In this document: in pieces, positions 1-7,749 of the stretch
Layout of the letters: each line of letters opens with the position of its first letter
Position numbering within the stretch: the first letter of the stretch is position 1
Source: Prochlorococcus marinus str. NATL2A
GTDB taxonomy: Bacteria; Cyanobacteriota; Cyanobacteriia; PCC-6307; Cyanobiaceae
DNA length: 32,000 nucleotides
Direction of reading: 5' to 3'
Assembly (NCBI RefSeq): GCF_000012465.1
Contig: NC_007335.2
Span: forward strand, 690,001 to 722,000
Program-made: the position numbers and the translations under genes
The notes under the pieces: model-generated
Told to the model about the DNA's origin: nothing
The model's database searches: none
Seen by the model: the letters and a program-made list of their open reading frames with translations, nothing else

Positions 1-20
1 TTTTAGGCCTGCAGTTGATC

Positions 21-737
21 ATGACTGAAGAAAAATCACATCCAAGCAAAGAGAGCATAGAGGAGTTCTTGGGGGCATTTAAAATGGCTTCAGAAAGGAA
101 ACGACTCGGATTGTTAAATCGTTTAGAAGAGAGGGTTGAGGAACTTCTTGGCCTTGGATCAACTTTAATGTCTGGTTTTGATCCTGGTGTTTGTGACTGG
201 ACTCCTGGCTTCATTTTGCAAGTTATTCATAAAACTGATAAAGATTTCATAAGAAATACTCTCAATTGCGATAACCTTTCTTGGTTCGATTCCCCATCAG
301 ATGTTGGTTTTGATTATTCACCACTTCAGCGATTTTTGTTAAATGAAAGTTATGAGGATGCCGACCGCTTTACAAGCTCGAAACTTAGAGAACTTGCAGG
401 AGAAAAGGCAGTAAAAAGAGGGTATGTTTATTTCTCTGAGGTTGATTCAATACCTTCTATTGATTTATCAACTTTGGATAAACTTTGGGTTGTTTATTCC
501 AGAGGAAAATTTGGCTTTACAGTTCAAGCGAAAATATTAGATTCTTTAGGGGGAAGATATGACAAGCTTTGGCCTCGAATAGGTTGGAAAAAAGATGGCA
601 TATGGACTAGATATCCAAAAGCATTTAATTGGTCAATTGAAGCACCTAATGGTCATATGCCGTTGGTTAATCAACTTAGAGGAGTTCGTTTGATGGATGC
701 GTTGCTAAACCATCAAGGATTTAAAGCTAAAAGCTAA
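21..737 (+). CDS. GUN4-domain protein (porphyrin-binding regulator of Mg-chelatase family)
   Basis: The track ORF is 15..737 (TTG) and the first ATG is at 21. The C-terminal half shows the GUN4-domain pattern GKFGFTVQAKILDSLGG...LWPRIGWKKDGIWTRYP. The length matches cyanobacterial GUN4. The frame stays open to the left window edge, so an upstream start cannot be fully excluded. Confidence 0.8.
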   Translation: MTEEKSHPSKESIEEFLGAFKMASERKRLGLLNRLEERVEELLGLGSTLMSGFDPGVCDWTPGFILQVIHKTDKDFIRNTLNCDNLSWFDSPSDVGFDYSPLQRFLLNESYEDADRFTSSKLRELAGEKAVKRGYVYFSEVDSIPSIDLSTLDKLWVVYSRGKFGFTVQAKILDSLGGRYDKLWPRIGWKKDGIWTRYPKAFNWSIEAPNGHMPLVNQLRGVRLMDALLNHQGFKAKS

Positions 738-867
738 CGATTTGATTATTAATGCTTAATTTTTTTCGTAGAATACTTTTTATGACTTAAGTTGAAAAAT
801 ATGCTTTTAACTTACATACTGATTTTTTGATCAGAAGATTAATTTACAAAGAATGTTTTAATTAATT

Positions 868-1260
868 GTGGATCCTTCTAAAAATTGGGCCGTATTTATT
901 CATCCCTCTACCTTAAAACTAGCATCATTTGTTGAAACTCTTTTAGAGCCTGTAATATGTAAAGAAACTGCAAAAAAGATTGAATTGGGATTACATGAGG
1001 CTCTTGTTAATGCAGTAGTTCATGGAAACTTATCGAATCCTAATAAAGTTATTCGTGTTAGAAGAATTCTTACTCCAAACTGGATTGTTTGGCAAATCCA
1101 AGATGAAGGTTTAGGCCTAGTTGAAGATAAAAGAGTATGTTGTTTACCTTTGAATACTGATGTTAATAGTGGAAGAGGAATTTATTTAATTCATAAGTGT
1201 TTTGATGATGTGAGGTGGAGTAGAAAAGGGAATAGACTTCAGTTGTCACTAAGGAAATAA
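868..1260 (+). CDS. RsbW/SpoIIAB-like anti-sigma regulatory factor (GHKL-type Ser/Thr kinase, HATPase_c fold)
   Basis: GTG-start 130-aa ORF. It has an N-box-like HEALVNAVVHGN and a G-box-like SGRGIYLI. Size is typical of single-domain anti-sigma kinases. Confidence 0.7.
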   Translation: MDPSKNWAVFIHPSTLKLASFVETLLEPVICKETAKKIELGLHEALVNAVVHGNLSNPNKVIRVRRILTPNWIVWQIQDEGLGLVEDKRVCCLPLNTDVNSGRGIYLIHKCFDDVRWSRKGNRLQLSLRK

Positions 1261-1264
1261 GTCT

Positions 1265-1522
1265 TTAATGACTTTTACACCCTGTATCTTTTATTTCTTC
1301 TTTTATCCATAATATTGCTTGATTCAGTAAGTCTTCTATTTCTGCATCATCTCCATCATTAATTAATTGTGAAATTGCCGAAATAATTAATTCAGCGCTT
1401 CTTCTTTGTTTGTTTCCTCTGAATTTATGCCAGTTGTAATTATTAAGGCTGATTTCATTATGTAGCTCTTTCGCAAGTAATTGAATTTTTTCTGGCCAAA
1501 TGTATGTACTTTTTTTTAACAT
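1265..1522 (-). CDS. Conserved-looking small hypothetical protein (85 aa)
   Basis: ATG-start ORF on the same strand as the methyltransferase and 49 nt downstream of it. Amino-acid composition is balanced and I recognise no motif. Confidence 0.5.
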   Translation of the reverse strand: MLKKSTYIWPEKIQLLAKELHNEISLNNYNWHKFRGNKQRRSAELIISAISQLINDGDDAEIEDLLNQAILWIKEEIKDTGCKSH

Positions 1523-1571
1523 AATTAGATGCGTATGTGTGATTTTTTTGACATCATTTTTTTCAATAAAG

Positions 1572-2633
1572 TCAAACTGGCTTGTTTGCTTTCCATACTT
1601 TAGTCATAAAGTGAGATTCAGAAGTTATAGATGAAAATCCACTTTTTTCTAATCTTAAGTTTATGTTATCGACGATGTAATCTCTGTAGTAAGGTTCATG
1701 AAATATTTTGTGAAAGTTTTCCATTATTGGAGTGAACTTAGGAGAATCTTCTATTTGAATGGAGTCTGCAAGAACAAGTATTCCGCCAGGTTCTAACAAT
1801 CTGAAGCATTCGTTCAAAACATTCTGGCGTGCATCTCTGGGAAGTTCGTGAAATAGAAAAACACAAGTTAATGCTTGAAAACTCGCAGATGCATAGGGCA
1901 TTTTCTCTGCATTTCCTTTGGTTAGCTGAACAAGATCACCGCTTCTGGAACTTAGATATTTACTTGCTTGCTTTAGGTATGAGCCTGATAAATCAAGACC
2001 ATAAAGTTCAATTTGAGGTAATGCACTTTGTATTTGCTGTAGCGTTCTTCCCGTTCCTGTAGCAACGTCTAAAACCTTTATTTTCTTCGAGCCTTCAGAT
2101 AAATATTTTTTCAAACCTCTTTTTAAAGGAGATAAAACTCTTCTTCTCATAGAATCTGCAGTTCCATTGAAAAGGATCTCAACTTGTAAGTCATAAATTT
2201 CAGCAGAATGATCACTTAGGTAACCATCTGTTTGGTGATGAAAATTCTGTAAATAGTATTCAGGGTAATCTTCTTCATTTACTATTTTTGGGATTTCTCT
2301 GGTTTTATTTTTTCTTCGCCTCTGCCAAGTTTGTGGCATATCTAGCCAAACCAATGGATATTTCTTTGCCCATTCAAGCCATGGAGCTTCGAAAAGTTGT
2401 GATTTAGGGTACACGCCTGCCTCTGCTTCTCTCCAATCAATATTTTCTAGATTTTCCATTGATCTTCTAACTTCTTTAATTAGATCTTGATTTATTGGAA
2501 AATTTTCCGGAGCGGCTCCAGGTGCAAACACTTCCATTAACTTTGTACTCAACTCTTTATGAGCTAACCCAGCAATGGTTTTACCTTGTTGAAGAGTATG
2601 ATATGCAATTTTTTTAAGGCTTGGCGCTGCCAT
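1572..2633 (-). CDS. Class I SAM-dependent methyltransferase (UbiE/COQ5-like) with long N-terminal extension
   Basis: SAM-binding motif I is VLDVATGTGRT, followed by the acidic post-I LYGLDLS and then LLEPGGILVLAD. The ORF is 353 aa and uninterrupted. Confidence 0.85.
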   Translation of the reverse strand: MAAPSLKKIAYHTLQQGKTIAGLAHKELSTKLMEVFAPGAAPENFPINQDLIKEVRRSMENLENIDWREAEAGVYPKSQLFEAPWLEWAKKYPLVWLDMPQTWQRRRKNKTREIPKIVNEEDYPEYYLQNFHHQTDGYLSDHSAEIYDLQVEILFNGTADSMRRRVLSPLKRGLKKYLSEGSKKIKVLDVATGTGRTLQQIQSALPQIELYGLDLSGSYLKQASKYLSSRSGDLVQLTKGNAEKMPYASASFQALTCVFLFHELPRDARQNVLNECFRLLEPGGILVLADSIQIEDSPKFTPIMENFHKIFHEPYYRDYIVDNINLRLEKSGFSSITSESHFMTKVWKANKPV

Positions 2634-2691
2634 GAACCAGTTACTTCTTTTCCTATTATCTAACAGATTTGATTGATTAGTGACGAGTTAC

Positions 2692-2740
2692 CCAAAAAAA
2701 AATTAAGGTCTATGCATATTTATGCATAGACCTTAATTTT
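2692..2740 (-). terminator. Rho-independent terminator of glnA (potentially bidirectional)
   Basis: A perfect inverted repeat AATTAAGGTCTATGCATA / TATGCATAGACCTTAATT lies at 2701-2718 and 2721-2738, extendable to 20 bp. On the minus strand it is followed directly by a 9-10 nt T-run (the A-run at 2694-2702 on plus). It lies 34 nt after the glnA stop. Confidence 0.8.
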
Positions 2741-2771
2741 GTATCCTGAAAATTATTAGAGGAATTTATTT

Positions 2772-4193
2772 TTAAGCGTCGTAGTACACAGTAAATTCAT
2801 GTGGATGAGGCCTTTGTCTTAGCTGTTGAACTTCTTCGTATTTAAGTTCTATCCAGTTATTAATGAAATCTTCTGTAAATACGCCCCCTTCAGTTAGATA
2901 TTGGCTGTCATTTTTTAATGCCTCTAATGCATCGTTCAATGAAGAGGGGACAGTGTCTATTTTTGATAATTCCTCTGAAGGAAGCTCAAAAAGGTCAACG
3001 TCAACTCCATCTCCAGGATCAATTTGATTTTTGATTCCATCGATACCTGCCATCATCATTGCTGAAAAAGCAATGTAAGGGTTAGCTAATGCGTCACCTG
3101 ATCTGAATTCAAGTCTCTTTGCTTTTGGACTTGGTCCAGTCAAAGGTATTCTTACAGCAGCTGATCGATTGCCCTGTGAGTAAACTAAATTAACTGGTGC
3201 TTCGAATCCTGGAACCAATCTTTTGTAACTGTTGGTAGTTGGATTTGTAAAAGCAAGGAAAGAAGGTGCATGTTTGAGTATTCCACCGATATACCATTTA
3301 GCCGTTTGAGATAAATTAGCGTAAGTACCTTCTCCATAAAATAAAGGTTGACCTCCTTTCCAAAGACTTTGATGAACATGCATTCCTGTCCCATTGTCAT
3401 TGAAGACTGGCTTGGGCATGAAAGTTGCAGTTTTCCCATATTTCTTTGCTACGTTTCTGACGATGTATTTGTAAATCATTACATTGTCAGCTGCGTTGAT
3501 TAGGGGAGCAAATTTCATTCCTAATTCATGTTGACCAGCTCCTGCTACTTCATGGTGATGCTTCTCAATGGGTATACCCAACTCACCCATCAGTAGAAGC
3601 ATCTCTGACCTCATATCTTGGGCTGTGTCATTAGGTGAAACTGGGAAATATCCCTCTTTTAGTTGAATTTTGTACCCAAGGTTTCCTCCTTCTTCTACTC
3701 TCCCTGAATTCCAGGGAGCTTCTATGGTGTCAACGCTATAAAAGCTACTACCTTCTCCTGAGTTGTATCGGACATCATCAAAAATAAAGAATTCTGGTTC
3801 AGGACCAAAAAATGCAGCATCTGCAACACTTGTGCTTCCTAAGTAATCCAAAGCCTTTTGCGCCAAAGCTCTTGGGCATCTGGCATATGGCTCTCCACTC
3901 CTTGGCTCCTGAATTGAGCAAATTAAACTAAGCGTTTTGTGATGGTAAAAAGGGTCTATCCAGCTCGTTGATGGATCTGGAACCATTGCCATATCAGATT
4001 CGTTTATGGCTTTCCAACCGCGAATAGAAGAGCCATCAAAAGCAAGCCCTTCTGTAAAAGAGCTTTCTTCAATTAGATCTGAAGCTACTGTTAAATGCTG
4101 CCACTTACCATGTAAGTCAGTGAATTTTAAATCTATTAGCTCAATGCCCTCATCCTTAATTTGACGAAGAACATCTTGAGAGGTCTTGCTCAT
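2772..4193 (-). CDS. glnA: Glutamine synthetase type I
   Basis: GS-I signatures are present: [36 protein letters not shown] and AVRIP. I chose the ATG at 4193 ([26 protein letters not shown]...). The track ORF starts six codons earlier at a TTG (4211). Confidence 0.97.
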   Translation of the reverse strand: MSKTSQDVLRQIKDEGIELIDLKFTDLHGKWQHLTVASDLIEESSFTEGLAFDGSSIRGWKAINESDMAMVPDPSTSWIDPFYHHKTLSLICSIQEPRSGEPYARCPRALAQKALDYLGSTSVADAAFFGPEPEFFIFDDVRYNSGEGSSFYSVDTIEAPWNSGRVEEGGNLGYKIQLKEGYFPVSPNDTAQDMRSEMLLLMGELGIPIEKHHHEVAGAGQHELGMKFAPLINAADNVMIYKYIVRNVAKKYGKTATFMPKPVFNDNGTGMHVHQSLWKGGQPLFYGEGTYANLSQTAKWYIGGILKHAPSFLAFTNPTTNSYKRLVPGFEAPVNLVYSQGNRSAAVRIPLTGPSPKAKRLEFRSGDALANPYIAFSAMMMAGIDGIKNQIDPGDGVDVDLFELPSEELSKIDTVPSSLNDALEALKNDSQYLTEGGVFTEDFINNWIELKYEEVQQLRQRPHPHEFTVYYDA

Positions 4194-4229
4194 GATGAAT
4201 TTGATTTGCAACAGAGATACTTAATTATG

Positions 4230-4271
4230 AACGTAATAAGCGATCGCATCTCTTTTTGTATTAAGACGCAC
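4230..4271 (-). promoter_or_regulatory. Candidate NtcA-type promoter of glnA (imperfect NtcA box plus -10)
   Basis: Read on the minus strand this is GTG-CGTCTTAA-TAC (4271-4258), then 22 nt, then TACGTT (4235-4230). That fits GTA-N8-TAC-N22-TAN3T with one mismatch in the first half-site. It lies about 36 nt upstream of the glnA ATG. This is pattern match only. Confidence 0.35.
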
Positions 4272-4340
4272 TTTTTTTAGACTTTTAACAGAAAACCTTG
4301 ATTATTTTTTGTCTTTTTTTGTAAATCTAGCAAATTCCTA

Positions 4341-5579
4341 TTGCAATCCCTAAAAAAAACACCCCGACTTTGCCTATCGCCTTTTAGGCTCGGAAGATAT
4401 ATAAACCGATCTGTTTTCTTGGCCACTCAAATTCTTCCTTCTGTTGATAATCAACATCGTAAAGATTTTGGTCCAACTGTTTCTCCTGAAAGGTTATTGC
4501 TTGGGCCAGGCCCATCAAACGCAGATCCTGCTGTTTTGAAAGCGCTCTCTCAACCTCCTATTGGTCATTTAGATCCTTTTTATGTTGACTTGATGAGTGA
4601 GGTGCAAGAGTTGCTTAGATATGCTTGGCAAACTAGCAATCGATTGACACTTCCAATGAGTGGCACAGGAAGTGCCGCAATGGAGGCAACATTAGCAAAT
4701 GTCGTTGAGCCAGAAGATACGGTATTAGTAGCTATCAAAGGATATTTTGGACATCGACTTGCGGATATGGCAGGTAGGTATAAAGCGAATGTAGAAACAA
4801 TTCATAAAGAATGGGGTAATGCATTTTCACTTCAGGAAATAGAAGATGCATTGAAAAAACATACCCCGGCTGTTTTAGCAATTGTTCATGCGGAAACTTC
4901 AACAGGTGTATGTCAACCTATGGATGGCATTGGTGATTTATGCAGAAAATATAATTGCTTGCTTCTTGTAGACACAGTAACTTCTTTGGGAGGCGTTCCT
5001 CTTTATTTGGATGAATGGAAAATTGATCTGGCTTATAGTTGCAGTCAGAAAGGATTAAGTTGCCCTCCTGGATTAGGTCCTTTTTCAATGAATGAGAGAG
5101 CCGAAAATAAAATGTCTAATAGAAAAGACAAAGTACCAAATTGGTATTTAGATGTCTCTTTGCTTAATAAATATTGGGGCAGTGATCGTGTATATCATCA
5201 TACGGCTCCCGTAAATATGAATTTTGGCATTCGAGAAGCGCTTAGATTGTTAGCTGAAGAAGGATTAGAAGTCTCATGGGGTAGACACCGTACAAATGCA
5301 AAATCGCTTTGGAATTCGTTGGAAAATATAGGTTTGGAATTACACGTTAAAGAAGAATTACGCTTGCCTACCCTAACAACAGTGAAAATACCTGAGGGAC
5401 TTGATGGTAAGGCATTTACTAAGCATTTACTAAATAATTTTGGAGTTGAAATAGGTGGTGGATTAGGTGATCTGGCTGGAAAAGTATGGAGAATTGGTTT
5501 AATGGGATATAACTCAACCTCTGAAAATGTAGATAAGATAATAAATATTTTTGAAACTGAATTACCTAAGTTTAGATAA
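4341..5579 (+). CDS. Class V aminotransferase (serine:pyruvate / alanine:glyoxylate aminotransferase type)
   Basis: It carries LLLGPGPSNADPAVLKAL, the PLP-lysine context YSCSQKGL, and full-length similarity to AGXT-type enzymes. The start is uncertain. The track start is a TTG at 4341, and an in-frame TTG at 4419 ((M)ATQILPSVDNQHRKDF...) would give a more typical length. Confidence 0.9.
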   Translation: MQSLKKTPRLCLSPFRLGRYINRSVFLATQILPSVDNQHRKDFGPTVSPERLLLGPGPSNADPAVLKALSQPPIGHLDPFYVDLMSEVQELLRYAWQTSNRLTLPMSGTGSAAMEATLANVVEPEDTVLVAIKGYFGHRLADMAGRYKANVETIHKEWGNAFSLQEIEDALKKHTPAVLAIVHAETSTGVCQPMDGIGDLCRKYNCLLLVDTVTSLGGVPLYLDEWKIDLAYSCSQKGLSCPPGLGPFSMNERAENKMSNRKDKVPNWYLDVSLLNKYWGSDRVYHHTAPVNMNFGIREALRLLAEEGLEVSWGRHRTNAKSLWNSLENIGLELHVKEELRLPTLTTVKIPEGLDGKAFTKHLLNNFGVEIGGGLGDLAGKVWRIGLMGYNSTSENVDKIINIFETELPKFR

Positions 5580-6101
5580 CAAATTTTCTCTAGCTATTAA
5601 TCTTTTATCTTTAAACCAATCCACTATAATCTTCCTAGATTCTTCTTCCATTATTCCTCTTTCAATCAACATTCTGTGATGTGCACTTTTATGTTCCGCA
5701 AGATTAATAGTTCCACCTAGCGCGCCTCTCTTTGGATCTTCAGATCCATAGATAATCTTACCCATTCTTGCTTGTATTAATGCCCCTGCGCACATGGGAC
5801 ATGGCTCTAGATTTACTATCAATGTACAGTCATTAAATCTCCAATCATTTTTAATCCAAGAAGCTTGGCGAAGTGCTACTAACTCAGCATGACCTAAAGG
5901 GTCTTTCATTGATTCTCTCCTGTTCCCCCCATAGCCAATACACCTACCTTTTTTGTCGAGAATAACTGCAGCAATAGGAACCTCCCCTCTTTCGCCTACA
6001 AGTCTTGCTTTCGTTAGCAATCTCGTCATCCACTGTATTTTTTCTTTCTGATTCAGACTGATTGGTTTTGACAATTTTTTAGATGTTTGGTGAACTATCA
6101 A
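5562..6101 (-). CDS. tadA: tRNA-specific adenosine deaminase (CMP/dCMP-type zinc deaminase)
   Basis: Zinc-binding motifs HAELVAL and PCPMCAGA are present, with GEVPIAAVIL at the N-terminus. The 3' end overlaps the convergent aminotransferase gene by 18 nt. An internal ATG (MTRLLTKA...) is an alternative start. Confidence 0.9.
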   Translation of the reverse strand: MIVHQTSKKLSKPISLNQKEKIQWMTRLLTKARLVGERGEVPIAAVILDKKGRCIGYGGNRRESMKDPLGHAELVALRQASWIKNDWRFNDCTLIVNLEPCPMCAGALIQARMGKIIYGSEDPKRGALGGTINLAEHKSAHHRMLIERGIMEEESRKIIVDWFKDKRLIARENLLSKLR

Positions 6102-6179
6102 ATAAAATGTTTATCTAGAGATTAATCATTTTTTGGCTTGAACTGGATCATCCAATACTACAAATAGAGTTTTTTTTCT

Positions 6180-7550
6180 TTGGACCCTTTTGCTTCTCCT
6201 CAAAACTTAGATAAAGAACTGCGTTCTTTACTTGCTCAAGCCTCAAGTAATCTTTGTGATTGGTTTGCTGAATCAGCCAGTCAAGGTCCAATGCCCTATT
6301 CATTTGAATTGCCAGAGGTCTATCCCGCAAAAGAAGGTGTTTCTAATGATGTTTTACTGAGTGAACTTCAATTACTAATGGATGGTTCCTATCGACCATC
6401 GCATCCAGGATCTCTTGCTCATTTGGACCCACCTCCTCTATCAGCTTCAATAGCAGGAGAACTAATTTGTGCAGGTTTAAATAATAATCTTTTAGCCGAT
6501 GAGCTATCCCCTAGCTTGTCTTCCTTGGAGAGAAACTTATGTAAATGGTTTTGTCACAAGCTGGGTCTTGGTGATTTGTCTGGAGGTGTAGCGGCTAGCG
6601 GTGGGAGTTTGAGTAATTTAATGGCTTTAGTAATGGCAAGAAATAATTCTGGGCTAGAAACTGATCCTAAGGCTGTTTTTTTTGCAAGTCATGATTGTCA
6701 TGTTTCATTCTCAAAAGCTTTTAGGATTATGGGGCTGAAACAGGAATCTCTACAAAAAGTTTCTACAGATGAAAATGGTGCATTAAATATTTCTAGTTTA
6801 AGAACAAGTTTAAATAAAATAAAATCTCAGGGGAAGAAATGCTTTGCTGTCGTAGCGACAGCTGGAACCACTGTAAGAGGTGCTATTGACCCACTTTCTG
6901 AGATCGCTAAATTTTGTAAAAAAGAGAATGTTTGGTTTCATGTTGATGGCTCAATTGGTGGCATTTATGGTTTATCAGAAATGACTTCAGAAATTGTTCA
7001 AGGCTTAGGTTTCGCTGACTCTTTAACTATTAATCCACAGAAATTATTGGGAATCCCAAAAACTTCTTCTTTATTACTCGTAGCCAATAAAAACCATCTT
7101 TCTTCTACATTTTCAACCGGACTCCCTTATGTCGAACCAATTTCAGGAAATGACTTTCATGGAGGAGAACTTGGAATCCAAGGTACTAGATCCGCAGAGA
7201 CATTGAAATTGTGGATTGGATTAAGACAATTAGGTGAAGAGGGTATTGAAAAAATACTTTTGGGCTCAATTAAAAGAAGATGTTATTTAGAATCTATAAT
7301 TGACCGATCAAAATTTAAAATAATATCAGGACCTCTTCATCTTTTAGCTTTTACACCTATTAATTATAGTTCTTCTCAATCATCCGATTGGTCTCTAAAA
7401 ACAAGAAACTCTTTGTTAGCTAATAAGTTTATGCTCTCTAGGCCAATGTATGGACATAGATATTATTTAAAAGCTGTTATGGGGAACCCTAATACTAAAT
7501 TTGATGATTTAAAAATGTTGGCTAATCTTATTAATCATTCAATTAGTTGA
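6180..7550 (+). CDS. Group II pyridoxal-phosphate-dependent amino-acid decarboxylase, substrate unknown
   Basis: Motifs are HPGSLAHLDPPP, AASGGSLSNLMAL, WFHVDGSIGG and the PLP-lysine motif ADSLTINPQKLLG. It has a TTG start, and the first in-frame ATG is at codon 38. Confidence 0.85.
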   Translation: MDPFASPQNLDKELRSLLAQASSNLCDWFAESASQGPMPYSFELPEVYPAKEGVSNDVLLSELQLLMDGSYRPSHPGSLAHLDPPPLSASIAGELICAGLNNNLLADELSPSLSSLERNLCKWFCHKLGLGDLSGGVAASGGSLSNLMALVMARNNSGLETDPKAVFFASHDCHVSFSKAFRIMGLKQESLQKVSTDENGALNISSLRTSLNKIKSQGKKCFAVVATAGTTVRGAIDPLSEIAKFCKKENVWFHVDGSIGGIYGLSEMTSEIVQGLGFADSLTINPQKLLGIPKTSSLLLVANKNHLSSTFSTGLPYVEPISGNDFHGGELGIQGTRSAETLKLWIGLRQLGEEGIEKILLGSIKRRCYLESIIDRSKFKIISGPLHLLAFTPINYSSSQSSDWSLKTRNSLLANKFMLSRPMYGHRYYLKAVMGNPNTKFDDLKMLANLINHSIS

Positions 7551-7557
7551 ATCTAAT

Positions 7558-7749
7558 ATGAATAAGGATTTTTTTAATAAAAAAAATATATTGGCTTTAA
7601 TAACAGCTTTAATATCAATTTTCGTTGGCCTAATTTATTTAGCATTAGTTTTTGCTTTAGATTTTAGAGGCCCGATGAGTCCCCCTCCTTCGGAGGCCTT
7701 GATCTCGGCGGTAGCTTTTTCAAATTCTTTTCAACTAGCGGATCAATAA
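7558..7749 (+). CDS. Possible small single-pass membrane protein (63 aa)
   Basis: ATG start 8 nt after the decarboxylase stop. There is a clear hydrophobic helix, ILALITALISIFVGLIYLALVFAL. The last 86 nt overlap the 3' end of the convergent GTPase gene, and T-rich DNA easily yields hydrophobic ORFs, so this call is uncertain. Confidence 0.35.
   Translation: MNKDFFNKKNILALITALISIFVGLIYLALVFALDFRGPMSPPPSEALISAVAFSNSFQLADQ

Noticed and set aside
283-296. TGGTTCGATTCCCC, resembling a tRNA T-arm/T-loop
   Set aside because: The flanking bases cannot form the 5-bp T-stem (CTTGG versus CCCCA), and no acceptor or anticodon arms are apparent. It lies in frame inside the GUN4-domain CDS (LSWFDSPS).
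1829-3439. 77-aa ORF antisense to the methyltransferase gene and 84-aa alternative-frame ORF inside glnA
   Set aside because: Both are embedded in strongly supported genes, and their translations look non-protein-like.
4240-4247. Single GCGATCGC octamer (the HIP1 palindrome of many cyanobacteria)
   Set aside because: I noticed only one copy in 32 kb. That is compatible with chance and does not indicate a HIP1-rich genome or a repeat family. It is noted only as part of the glnA upstream region.
6148-6330. 60-aa minus-strand ORF across the tadA/decarboxylase divergent region
   Set aside because: It overlaps the 5' end of the decarboxylase gene on the opposite strand. It has no motif and is most likely a chance ORF.
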